A stretch of DNA of 64,000 nt from the human T2T-CHM13v2.0 reference genome, Homo sapiens (GCF_009914755.1 NC_060929.1), one strand, 5' to 3'; positions 32,916 to 45,471 are shown, counted from the first letter of the stretch. Numbers and translations: made by a program. The notes: generated by a model not told the origin, from the letters alone.

Positions 32916-34261
32916 TTAAAAAATAATAATAATAACTGGTGTGGTGTTGTGCACCTAGAGTTCCAACTACTAGGGAAGCTGAGATGAGAAGATACCTTGA
33001 GCTGGGGACTGGGGAGGCTTAGGTTACAGTAAGCTGAGATTGTGCCACTGCACTCCAGCTTGGACAAAAGAGCCTGATCCTGTCTCAAAAAAAAGAAAGA
33101 TACCCAGGGCAAGTTAAGTTCGGAGGGGCACAGAGCTCCCATGCCCTCTGTTGAACATGCGACCCTCCCAGCATCTCCTGTGTCCAGCAACCCTGAAAGC
33201 TCTGCAAACCCCTTTCAGGGTGTTTATGGAGGCTTTATTATGCAAGCATGATTGATAAAACCTTTGGCTGTTGGTGATTAAGTCAGTCTCCAGCCCCTCT
33301 TCCCCCTGGAGTTCAGTGCATGAGGCTGAAAGTTCCAAGCCTCTTACCATGTGGTTGCATGGTAATCAGCCCTCCTCTTGAAGAAATTTAGGAGCTTGCA
33401 GTCACCCAGTCATCTCAACAACATCCCCAAATGCATTCTTACCATGCTGGAGATCCCAAAGTTCTTAGAGGCTCTTGTGTTAGAAACCTGGGACCAAGAT
33501 CAAATATTAAAACAAAAGATGCTCCTGTCACATCTATCACTGAGGTCTTTGTAAGAGCTTTAGAAGCTCTGTGCCAGGAACCAGGGACAGAGATTAAATA
33601 TATATTTCTTTTCTTTTTTTTGAGACAGAATCTCCCTGTGCCATCCAGGCTGGAGTGCAGTGATGTGATCATAGCTCACTATAGCTTTGGCCTTCTGAGA
33701 TCAAGCAATCCTCCCATCTCAACCTCCCAAGTAGCTAGGACTACACATGCATGTCACCCATGCCCAGATCATTTTTGTAGAGTCAGAGTTTCACCGTGGT
33801 GGCCAGGTTGGCCATGTTGGCCAGATGGGGTCTTCTTTTGTTGCCCAGGCTGGCCACAAATTCCTGGGCTCAAGTGATCCTCCCACCTCGTCCTTGTAGA
33901 GATGAGATTTAGTTACGTCGTCCAGGCTGATCTCAAACTCCTGGGCTAAATCGATTGTCTCACCTCAGCCTCTCAAGTATGTTATGAAGGTTATATGTTA
34001 GGAAGGGTCCCAGGAGGTAGACCCACACAGATGGGATTTGGGCATAGGTTTGGTTTCCCAGGGGGCAGTGCTGAGCTCTTTGCCAGTGGGAAATGGGATG
34101 CTGGTGATTTCCAGTAGGTGACCTCACAGTGACTCAAGCTACCACTTACTGTTGATTGTGACGAAATGCCAGCTGAGGCACATGCCTTGGGAGCTAAGTG
34201 GTTGCTGCCCTTGACCACTGTGAAGACTGGTGTGGGAAGGGTCGTTTTGGATGCACTTGAG

Positions 34262-34676
34262 CAGGGGTCCCCAACCCCTGAGCCATGGAGCCGCAAGGAG
34301 CCACACAGCAGGAGGTGAGCGGTGTCGAGTGAGGGAGTGAGGGAAGCTTCGTCTGTATTTACAGCCACTCCCCTTTGCTCACATTCCCACCTGAGCTCCA
34401 CCTTCTCAGATGAGCAGCAGCGTTAGATTCTCATAGGAGAACGCACCCTGTTGTGAACCGTGCATGTGAGGGATCTAGGTTGCGCTGTCCTTATGAGAGT
34501 CTAATACCTATTGATCTGTCACTTTCTCCCATCACGCTCAGGTGGGAACATCCAGTTGCGGGAAAACAAGCTTAACACGCCCACTGATTCTACATTATGG
34601 TGAGTTCTATAATTATTTTATTATATATCACAGTGTAATAATGGAAATAAAGTGCCTAATAAATGCAAATGTGCTT
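34262..34676 (+). mobile_element. MER1A, 3'-truncated (array copy 1)
   Basis: Starts caggggtccccaacccc and follows the MER1A body to aataaagtgcctaataaatg. Confidence 0.88.
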
Positions 34677-37670
34677 ACATCTTTTGGCCCAGCTCCTACC
34701 TCCCGGCAGCCTCTCCAGGCCCAGAACTTTCTCCAGTCAGCCTCTACAGACCAAGCTCATGACTCACAATGGCCTATTTAGGCCCATACCCTACGTCACG
34801 GCAGCCTCCGCAGATGAGGCTACTGCCTCACAACAGCCTCCACAGGCACAGCTCCATCGTTACAATGGCCTCTTTAGACCCAGCTCCTGCCTCCCAGCCT
34901 TCTCTCCAGGCCCTGAACATTCTCAGTAAGTTCAGGTAGCTGGGACTGTAGGTATACATGATGATACTTGGCTAATTTTTAAATTGTTTTGTAGACACGG
35001 GGTCTCACTTTGTTGGCCAGGCTGGTGTCAAACTAATGGCCTCAAGTGACCCTTCCACCCCTGCCTCCCATCCTCGAGGCATGTGCCACCACAAGGAGCA
35101 CTTGTTCAATTTTCTAAAAAAAAAATTTCTAAAGTAAGGCTGTGGGATGATGGCAGGAAGATAAAAGAAAAACAGAAGAATAAGTTAAAATGACTTATTC
35201 ACGCATATTCTTTTGACAGCAAGAAGAACTTTTAGTATATACATTCCTTACAAACAAACAAAAGGCAGATAAACAATGTTGTATAGGAACTTCAACACAC
35301 ACTGTACAATATTCCCACTTTGCTGACATAAGTTATGGAAATTTCATGGTTTACTTGAGTGTCGCTACCAGTATTTTGCTTCTCTGATGATTTTTATCAA
35401 CTTCCTCATCTGTTAACTTCTCTCCAAGGTATGTCATGTCACGACATACTGCCGCTGCACGAACATGGCCAGTGTCTTCCTATTCAACATGTAGAATGCT
35501 TTCCTAATTTCTCTTTTTACTCTCTGTCTTTGTGTTCTGCATTTTCCTTACTTTTATTGTCAGAAACTCCAGAAAGTCAATCGTACTAATTTATCACGAT
35601 TTGCTTTATTAATTTATACTTTGCTTATATGGAATTTTGCCCAGCAGACCTCATTACAGTTTCTAACCTGTTTTATTTTGTTTTTTTTTCTGAGACAGGG
35701 TCTCCCTCTGTTGTCCAAGGCTGGAGTGTAGTAGTGCTATCGCAGCTGACTGCAGCCTCAACCTTCCAGGCTGAAGCGATCCTCCCACCTCAACCTCCCA
35801 CGTGGCTGAGACTACAGGTGCTTGCCACTATGCCCAACTAACATTTGGAATTTTCGTATACGTGGATTCCAGAGGGGTGACAGCAAAACGTGAGTAAGCA
35901 TGGATTTTGGTATATGCAGAGATGGGGGGCTGGAACTAATTCTGTATACTGAGGGACGACGACTGTATATGTTTTTACAATTATGCTGTGGGATACATAC
36001 TGTTGCATAGCCTTGAAAATAATAACTTTTAATTGAGTGGAGTAAGAATAATATTGATAAAAGTAGCAGCTGGCCAGGTGTGGTGGCTCACACTGGTAAT
36101 CGCAACACTTTGGGAGGCTGAGGCAGGAGGATGGCTTGAGGCCAAGAGTTTGCGATAGGCCTTGGAAACAAAGGGGGAGTCACCATCCCTACAGAAAAAT
36201 ACATGAATTAGCCTAGTGTGGTGGCATGTTCCTGTAGTCCCAGCTACTTGGGAGGCTGAGGTGGGAGGATCACTTGAGCCCAGGGAGGCTGAGACTGCAG
36301 TGAGTCATGATCAGGCCTCTGCACTCCAGCCTGGGTGACAGAGTGAGACCCTGTCTCAAAACAACAAAAAAGTAGCAGCTAACATCAACTGACCTTTTAC
36401 CAGGTGCCTATTGATACCATAGTTTAATTTCTTATAACTGTTTCTTATTTCACTTACCAACTCTGTCTTCAGTTACTCCCAGATTTTTACTGTGTGTGTA
36501 CAGATGACCTTTTGTTTAGATTGAATTGTCTCCCCAGAAGTAAGATTACTGTGAGTCATGGTGAATGGACATTCTCCTTACCCTTGATGTAAATTGACAG
36601 GGTTTTGGGTGCCTCCCAGCTATAATCTTAGCACTTTGGGAGGCTAAGAGAGGAGGATTGCTTGAGGCCAAGAGTTGGAGGAGGCAGTATGGCAGTATGG
36701 TGAGACCCTGTCTCCATTATTTTAAAAAATTGACAGGCTTTACCCGGGAAGGCTTATACACAATTTAAACACCCCTCATAGTATAAGAAGGTGCCCATTT
36801 CACTGCACCTTTGCCAGCACAGGGTATTATAATTTAGTAAGTCATTTTTTGTTTGATTATTTTACATAGACAAAAGAACTCATATTACTTTACTTGTCAC
36901 ATTTCAACATCTTTCCTCAGCTTATTAGCTCTATTTCTTTTCTGTCTGTAAATGGTTGTTGTTGTTTTGTTCTTTGAGACAGGGTCTTGCTCTGTCACCA
37001 GGCTGGACTGTAGTGGCATAATCATGCCTCACTGCAGCCTTGACCTCCCAGGCTCAAACTTCCGCATTCCGAGTAGCTGGGACTACAAGTGTGCACTACC
37101 ACCACCAGCTAACTTTTTTCTTCTTTTGGATAGAGACAGGGTCTCACTCTGTTGTCCAGACCGGTCTCTAGCTCCTGGCCTTAAGCAATCCTCCTGCATT
37201 AGCTTCTCAAATTGCTGGAATTTCAGGCATGAGCCACCATGCCTGGCCTGGGCTAGTCCTATATTCTCTAGAGTTCTCTTTACTTTGTGCTAGCCAATCT
37301 CTCATTATGCTGTTCACCTGTTATAATGAATAATTCTCTGTATTAAATTTTACCACTTTAAACTTTTGAGTGGTTTATGCTTCCTGATTGGACTCTGACT
37401 AATATGTTAGGAAGGGTCCCAGGAGATACACCCACACAGATGGGATTTGGGCATAGGTTTGGTTTCCCAGGGGGCAGTGCTGAGCTCTTTGCCAGTGGGA
37501 AATGGGATGCTGGTGATTTCCAGTAGGTGACCTCACAGTGACTCAAGCTACCACTTACTGTTGATTGTGACGAAATGCCAGCTGAGGCACATGCCTTGGG
37601 AGCTAAGTGGTTGCTGCCCTTGACCACTGTGAAGACTGGTGTGGGAAGGGTCGTTTTGGATGCACTTGAG

Positions 37671-38085
37671 CAGGGGTCCCCAACCCCTGAGCCATGGAGC
37701 CGCAAGGAGCCACACAGCAGGAGGTGAGCGGTGTCGAGTGAGGGAGTGAGGGAAGCTTCGTCTGTATTTACAGCCACTCCCCTTTGCTCACATTCCCACC
37801 TGAGCTCCACCTTCTCAGATGAGCAGCAGCATTAGATGCTCATAGGAGAACGCACCCTGTTGTGAACCGTGCATGTGAGGGATCTAGGTTGCGCTGTCCT
37901 TATGAGAGTCTAATACCTATTGATCTGTCACTTTCTCCCATCACGCTCAGGTGGGAACATCCAGTTGCGGGAAAACAAGCTTAACACGCCCACTGATTCT
38001 ACATTATGGTGAGTTCTATAATTATTTTATTATATATCACAGTGTAATAATGGAAATAAAGTGCCTAATAAATGCAAATGTGCTT
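37671..38085 (+). mobile_element. MER1A, 3'-truncated (array copy 2)
   Basis: Near-identical to the 34262 copy. Confidence 0.88.
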
Positions 38086-41000
38086 ACATCTTTTGGCCCA
38101 GCTCCTACCTCCCGGCAGCCTCTCCAGGCCCAGAACTTTCTCCAGTCAGCCTCTACAGACCAAGCTCATGACTCACAATGGCCTATTTAGGCCCATACCC
38201 TACGTCACGGCAGCCTCCGCAGATGAGGCTACTGCCTCACAACAGCCTCCACAGGCACAGCTCCATCGTTACAATGGCCTCTTTAGACCCAGCTCCTGCC
38301 TCCCAGCCTTCTCTCCAGGCCCTGAACATTCTCAGTAAGTTCAGGTAGCTGGGACTGTAGGTATACATGATGATACTTGGCTAATTTTTAAATTGTTTTG
38401 TAGACACGGGGTCTCACTTTGTTGGCCAGGCTGGTGTCAAACTAATGGCCTCAAGTGACCCTTCCACCCCTGCCTCCCATCCTCGAGGCATGTGCCACCA
38501 CAAGGAGCACTTGTTCAATTTTCTAAAAAAAAAAATTTCTAAAGTAAGGCTGTGGGATGATGGCAGGAAGATAAAAGAAAAACAGAAGAATAAGTTAAAA
38601 TGACTTATTCACGCATATTCTTTTGACAGCAAGAAGAACTTTTAGTATATACATTCCTTACAAACAAACAAAAGGCAGATAAACAATGTTGTATAGGAAC
38701 TTCAACACACACTGTACAATATTCCCACTTTGCTGACATAAGTTATGGAAATTTCATGGTTTACTTGAGTGTCGCTACCAGTATTTTGCTTCTCTGATGA
38801 TTTTTATCAACTTCCTCATCTGTTAACTTCTCTCCAAGGTATGTCATGTCACGACATACTGCCGCTGCACGAACATGGCCAGTGTCTTCCTATTCAACAT
38901 GTAGAATGCTTTCCTAATTTCTCTTTTTACTCTCTGTCTTTGTGTTCTGCATTTTCCTTACTTTTATTGTCAGAAACTCCAGAAAGCCAATCGTACTAAT
39001 TTATCACGATTTGCTTTATTAATTTATACTTTGCTTATATGGAATTTTGCCCAGCAGACCTTATCACAGTTTCTAACCTGTTTTATTTATTTATTTATTT
39101 TTTTCTGAGACAGGGTCTCCCTCTGTTGTCCAAGGCTGGAGTGTAGTAGTGCTATCGCAGCTGACTGCAGCCTCAACCTTCCAGGCTGAAGCGATCCTCC
39201 CACCTCAACCTCCCACGTGGCTGAGACTACAGGTGCTTGCCACTATGCCCAACTAATATTTGGAATTTTCGTATACGTGGATTCCAGAGGGGTGACAGCA
39301 AAACGTGAGTAAGCATGGATTTTGGTATATGCAGAGATGGGGGGCTGGAACTAATTCTGTATACTGAGGGATGACGACTGTGTATGTTTTTACAATTACG
39401 CTGTAGGATACATACTGTTGCATAGCCTTGAAAATAATAATTTTTAATTGAGTGGAATAAGAATAATATTGATAAAAGTAGCAGCTGGCCAGGTGTGGTG
39501 GCTCACACTGGTAATCACAACACTTTGGGAGGCTGAGGCAGGAGGATGGCTCGAGGCCAAGAGTTTGCGATAGGCCTTGGAAACAAAGGGGGAGTCACCA
39601 TCCCTACAGAAAAATACATGAATTAGCCTAGTGTGGTGGCATGTTCCTGTAGTCCCAGCTACTTGGGAGGCTGAGGTGGGAGGATCACTTGAGCCCAGGG
39701 AGGCTGAGACTGCAGTGAGTCATGATCAGGCCTCTGCACTCCAGCCTGGGTGACAGAGTGAGACCCTGTCTCAAAACAACAAAAAAGTAGCAGCCAACAT
39801 CAACTGACCTTTTGTACCAGGTGCCTATTGATACCATAGTTTAATTTCTTATAACTGTTTCTTATTTCACTTACCAACTCTGTCTTCAGTTACTCCCAGA
39901 TTTTTACTGTGTGTGTACAGATGACCTTTTGTTTAGACTGAATTGTCTCCCCAGAAGTAAGATTACTGTGAGTCATGGTGAATGGACATTCTCCTTACCC
40001 TTGATGTAAATTGACAGGGTTTTGGGTGCCTCCCAGCTATAATCTTAGCACTTTGGGAGGCTAAGAGAGGAGGATTGCTTGAGGCCAAGAGTTGGAGGAG
40101 GCAGTATGGCAGTATGGTGAGACCCTGTCTCCATTATTTTAAAAAATTGACAGGCTTTACCCTGGAAGGCTTATACACAATTTAACCACCTCTCATAGTA
40201 TAAGAAAGTGCCCATTTCACTGCACCTTTGCCAGCACAGGGTATTATAATTTAGTAAGTCATTTTTTGTTTGATTATTTTAAATAGACAAAAGACCTCAT
40301 ATTACTTTACTTGTCACATTTCAACATCTTTCCTCAGCTTATTAGCTCTATTTCTTTTCTGTCTGTAAATGGTTGTTGCTGTTTTGGTCTTTGAGACAGG
40401 GTCTTGCTCTGTCACCAGGCTGGACTGTAGTGGCATAATCATGCCTCACTGCAGCCTTGACCTCCCAGGCTCAAACTTCAGCATTCCGAGTAGCTGGGAC
40501 TACAAGTGTGCACCACCACCCCCAGCTAACTTTTTTCTTCTTTTGGATAGAGACAGGGTCTCACTGTGTCGTCCAGACCGGTCTCTAGCTCCTGGCCTTA
40601 AGCAATCCTCCTGCATTAGCTTCTGAAATTACTGGAATTTCAGGCATGAGCCACCATGCCTGGCCTGGGCTAGTCCCATATTCTCTAGAGTTCTCTTTAC
40701 TCTGTGCTAGCCAATCTCTCATTATGCTGTTCACCTGTTACAATGAATAATTCTCTGTATTAAATTTTACCACTTTAAACTTTTGAGTGGTTTATGCTTC
40801 CTGATTGGACTCTGACTAATATGTTAGGAAGGGTCCCAGGAGGTAAACCCACACAGATGGGATTTGGGCATAGGTTTGGTTTCCCAGGGGGCAGTGCTGA
40901 GCTCTTTGCCAGTGGGAAATGGGATGCTGGTGATTTCCAGTAGGTGACCTCACAGTGACTCAAGCTACCACTTACTGTTGATTGTGACGAAATGCCAGCT

Positions 41001-41087
41001 GAGGCACATGCCTTGGGAGCTAAGTGGTTGCTGCCCTTGACCACTGTGAAGACTGGTGTGGGAAGGGTCGCTTTGGATGCACTTGAG

Positions 41088-41502
41088 CAGGGGTCCCCAA
41101 CCCCTGAGCCATGGAGCCGCAAGGAGCCACACAGCAGGAGGTGAGCGGTGTCGAGTGAGGGAGTGAGGGAAGCTTCGTCTGTATTTAGAGCCACTCCCCT
41201 TTGCTCACATTCCCGCCTGAGCTCCACCTTCTCAGATGAGCAGCAGCATTAGATGCTCATAGGAGAACGCACCCTGTTGTGAACCGTGCATGTGAGGGAT
41301 CGAGGTTGCGCTGTCCTTATGAGAATCTAATACCTATTGATCTGTCACTTTCTCCCATCACGCTCAGGTGGGACCATCCAGTTGCAGGAAAACAAGCTTA
41401 ACACGCCCACTAATTCTACATTATGGTGAGTTCTATAATTATTTTATTATATATTACAGTGTAATAATGGAAATAAAGTGCCTAATAAATGCAAATGTGC
41501 TT
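41088..41502 (+). mobile_element. MER1A, 3'-truncated (array copy 3)
   Basis: Near-identical to the 34262 copy. It supplies the ATG at 41489. Confidence 0.88.
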
Positions 41503-42691
41503 ACATCTTTTGGCCCAGCTCCTACCTCCCGGCAGCCTCTCCAGGCCCAGAACTTTCTCCAGTCAGCCTCTACAGACCAAGCTCATGACTCACAATGGCC
41601 TATTTAGGCCCATACCCTACGTCACGGCAGCCTCCGCAGATGAGGCTACTGCCTCACAACAGCCTCCACAGGCACAGCTCCATCGTTACAATGGCCTCTT
41701 TAGACCCAGCTCCTGCCTCCCAGCCTTCTCTCCAGGCCCTGAACTTTCTCAAGTCGACCTCACCAGGCCCAGCTCATGCTTCTTTGCAGCCTCTCCAGGC
41801 CCAGCTCCTGCATCTTGGTGGCCCCTCCAGGCCCAGCCTCTGCCTCCCGTCGGCCTCTACAGTCCCAACATCTGTCTCACAGCAGATTCTTCACGCCCAG
41901 CATCTACCTCACTGTGGACCCCCCAAGCCAAGCTCCCAACCTTTCAGCAGCTTCTACACACCCAGCTCCTGCCACCCAGTGGCCTCTTTAGGCCAAGCTC
42001 ATGCTTCACAAGGGCCTTTCCAGGCCCAACTTTTGTCTCATGGCAACCTTCCCTGGCCAGATTCCTGCCTGTCTCCCAGCAGCCTAGACAGGCCCAGGTC
42101 TTGCCTCACACTGGCCTCTCTACATCCAGCTTATGCCTCACGGTGGCCTCTCCACGCCCAACTCCTGTCCCAGGACGTCATCTCCGGGCCCAAAACTTAC
42201 TCAAGTCAGACTCTCTAGTCCCAACTGCTGCCTCATGGTGGCCTATGAAGGCCCAAAATCTCCTCAAGTTGACCTGTCCAGGCCCAGCTCCTGCCTCCTG
42301 TCAGCGTCTACAGGCCCAACCTCTGCCTCATGGGGGCTTCTCCAGGCCCACCTCTTCCTCTTGGCTGGGTCTACAGGCACAACTGCTGCCTCACAACAGC
42401 CTTTTTTGGCCCAGTTCCTGTCCAGCTCATGGCGGCCAATGTAGGCCCAAAACTTCCTCAAGTCAAACTCTCCAGGCCCACCTTCTGCTTCCCGGTGGCA
42501 TCAACAGGCCCAGCTTTGACTTGAGAACAGCCTCTGCAGGCCCTGCTCTTGCCTCCCAGGGGCTTTTTCCAGGCCCAGCTCTTGCCTCATGGCAGCTGCC
42601 CCAGGCCAAATTTCTGCCTGCCTGCCAGCAGCCTCAACAGGCACAGCTCCTCCCTCACAGTGGCCCATTTAGGCCCAACTCACGACTGTGA
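41489..42691 (+). other. 400-codon ORF generated by the minisatellite (FLJ-type hypothetical protein); coding status unsupported
   Basis: The ORF is present, with its ATG inside MER1A. It is low-complexity P/S/Q/L/A with no recognisable domain. Confidence 0.2.
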
Positions 42692-45355
42692 GGCCATTTC
42701 CAGGCCTAGTGCCTGCCTCGTGGCTGACTCTTGAAGCCCAAAACTTCCTCAAATCAGGCTTTTGCCCAACTTCTGTCTACTGTCGGACTCTACAGGTCAG
42801 CCTCTGCCTCACAGTGGACCCTCCAGACCCAGATGGTGTCTCACTGTGGCATCCTCAGGCGAAGCTCCTGCCTTTCGGCAGCCTCTCTAGGCCCAGCTCC
42901 TCCTGCCTCCCAGTGGCCTCTTTCGGCCCAGCCCAGCTCATGCCTCCCGGCGGCCTTCCCAAGCCCCGCTTTTGACTTTCGGTGGCCTCTGCAGGCCTCG
43001 ACAAGGCCCAGCCTCCTGCCTCCCGAAGGCCTGCACAGGCCCAGCCTCTGCCTCACAGCGGACTCTCCACGCCCAGCTAGCTGTTGCTTCACTGCGGCCT
43101 CCCGAGTCCAAAGCTCCTGCCTCTCGGCCGCTTCGGCAGGCCCAGCTCCCGCCTGCCAGTGGCCTCTTCAGGCCCATGGGGCTCATTCCTGACAACGGCC
43201 TTTCCAGGCCCAGTTTTTCCCTTCCGGCGGCCTCTCCGGGCCCAGAACCTCCTCAAGTCGGCCTCTCCAGACCCACTTGCACCCTCCGGGCGTTCTCTCC
43301 GGGCCCAGCTCTTCTTCCTGGTTGGGTCTCCAGGCCCGATTCCTGCCTCTCAACAACCTCTTTGGACTCAGTGCCTACCCATCTCCTGGCGGCCTTGGTC
43401 GGCCCACAGCTTCCTCAAGCCAAGCTCCCCAGGCCCAGGTCAGGCCTCACGGTGGCCTCTCCAGGATGAGCTCCTGCCCTCCGATGGCATCTCCAGGCCC
43501 CAAATGGTCTCCGGTCAGTGGGCTCCTCCACGCCAAGGTTGGGCCTCCCGGCGACCGCCGCAGGCCCAAGTTGTCCTGAAGTCGGGCTCTCCCGGCCCTG
43601 CCTCCCAGCAAGTAAGCAAGCTCTTTTGGCTCAACTCCTGCCCAGCTCCCAACCGCCTTTGTAGGCCCCGAACTTTCTCCAGCCAAGCTCTGAGGGCCCA
43701 CCTCCTGCCTCCTGGTGGCCTGTACAGTTCTAGCACTGGTTGGAGAACAGCCTCTGCAGGCCCCTCCCTTGCCTCCCAGGGGCCTCTCCAGGCCCAGCTC
43801 TTGCCCCCACGGCGGCCTCCCGGGGCCAAGTCCCTGCCTGCCTCCCAGCAGCCCGCGTGCGGCCCAGCTCCTCCCTCACGGTGGCCTGTTGATGCCCAAC
43901 TCATGCCTCTGGCACCCTGCCCAGAGGCGTGAGCCCCTGCCTCACACTGGCTCCTCCCACGCTGAGAGAGGTCAGTGTGAGCCCTTGCCTCACACCGGCC
44001 CCTCCCACGCGGACAGAGGTCAGCGTGAGCCCCTTGCCTCACACCGGCCCCTCCCACGCTGAGAGAGGTCAGTGTGAGCCCTTGCCTCACCCCGGCCCCT
44101 CCCACGTGGACAGAGGTCAGCGTGACCCCCTGCCTCAACAGGCCACCGTGAGGGAGGAACAGGATCGCACTCGGGCTGCTGGGAGGTAGGCAGGGACTTG
44201 GGCCTGGGAGGTCGCGGTGGGGCGAGAGCTGGGCCTGGAGACTCCCCTGGGAGGCAACAGCGGGGTCTGCAGACGCCCTTCTCCAGCCGGAGCTGGGACT
44301 GTTCAGTCACTGGGAGAAGGGATGTGGGTCTGAAGAGCTTGGTTGCAGAAACTTCGGGGTCTACAAACGCAGGCGGGAGCTGAGCCAAAAGAGCTTGTTT
44401 GCTGGGAGGTGGGAGATGCAGCCAGGAGGAACAGCTGGGCAATGCGGGAGGCAGAGGCCAGGCCTCCTTAAGTTGGCCTCTCAGACCCACTTGCAGCCTC
44501 CCGGCGCCCCCTCCGGGCCCAGCTCTTCCTCCCGGCTGCATCTCCAGGCCGGACTCTGGCCCGACTCCAGGTCCCAACAACGTCTTTGGACTCAGCTCCT
44601 GCCCAGCTCCCAGCGGCCCTGGTAGGCCCACAACTTCCCTAAGCCAAGCTCCCCAGGCCCAGCTCAGGCCTCGCGGTGGCCTCTCCAGGCTCAGCTCCTG
44701 GCCCTCCGATGACATCTGCAGGCCCCAAATGGCCTCCGGTCGGTGGGCTCCTCTAGGCCCAGCTTGGGCCTCCCGGCGGCCTCCGCAGGCCCAAATCGTC
44801 CCGAAGTCAGTCTCTCCAGGCTTAGCTCCAGCCTCCCGGCGGCCTCTGCAGGCCCAAGTCGTCCTCAAGTCGGCCTGGAAGTGGGCCTGGAAGAGCAGCA
44901 AGTCGGCCTCCCTGGGCCCAGCTCCGTCCTCTCGACGGCCTCTCCAGGTGCAAAACTTCCTCGAGTCAGCCTCTCCAGGCCCAGCTCCTCCTGCCTCCCA
45001 GTGGCCTCTTTCGGCCCAGCCCAGCTCATGGCTCTCGGCGGCCTTCCCAGGCCCCGCTTTTGACTTTTGGCAGCCTCTTCAGGCGCAGAACTTGATCTCC
45101 AGTCGGCCTTTGCAGGCCCGGCCTCCTGCCTCTCGAAGGCCTGCACGGGCCCGGCCTCGGCCTCGGCCTCACAGCAGACTCTCCACGCCCAGCTAGCTCT
45201 CGCCTCACTGCGGCCTCCCCAGTCCAAAGCTCCTGCCTTTCGGCCACTTCGGCAGGTCCAGCTCCTGCCTGCCAGTGGCCTCTTTAGGCCCAGCTCATTC
45301 CTCACGTCGGCCATTCCAGGCCCCGTTTTTCCCTTCCGGCAGCCTCTTGGCCTCT
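41505..45355 (+). repeat. Degenerate GC-rich ~32-bp minisatellite (consensus about GGCCTCTCCAGGCCCAGCTCCTGCCTCCCGGC), roughly 100 units, interrupted by a VNTR and an inverted block
   Basis: aggccc/agtccc anchors at 41765, 41797, 41829 and 41861 give a 32-bp spacing. The peptides LQAQLLP, RPSSC and PGPAPAS recur across frames. Confidence 0.9.
43927..44137 (+). repeat. 48/49-bp VNTR, 4 full units plus a partial unit, with two alternating variants
   Basis: Units start at 43927, 43975, 44023, 44072 and 44120: g(c/t)gtgagcccttgcctcacaccggcccctcccacgc(tgag/ggac)agaggtca. Confidence 0.95.
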
Positions 45356-45471
45356 AATTTGTTTATCTTTTGTGTATAAATCCCAAAATATTGAATTTTG
45401 GAATATTTCCACCATTATGTAAATATTTTGATAGGTAATTTATTTGGAGTGAGTTTCTGCGCCAAGCCCGA

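Larger units (their letters stand above)
33993..41744 (+). repeat. Tandem array of about 3.41 kb units (X-Y-X-Y-X; 2.3 copies), near-identical
   Basis: atatgttaggaagggtcc starts at 33993, 37402 and 40819 (periods 3409 and 3417). Identical or near-identical ORFs recur at 34542/37951/41368 and 35359/38769. Confidence 0.97.

Noticed and set aside
41505-45355. Regularly spaced ~32-bp repeats as a CRISPR-like array, and the overlapping 150-400 aa ORFs on both strands as real genes
   Set aside because: The units are contiguous degenerate tandem copies with no unique spacers or cas genes. The stop-free GC-rich consensus explains long ORFs in several frames.
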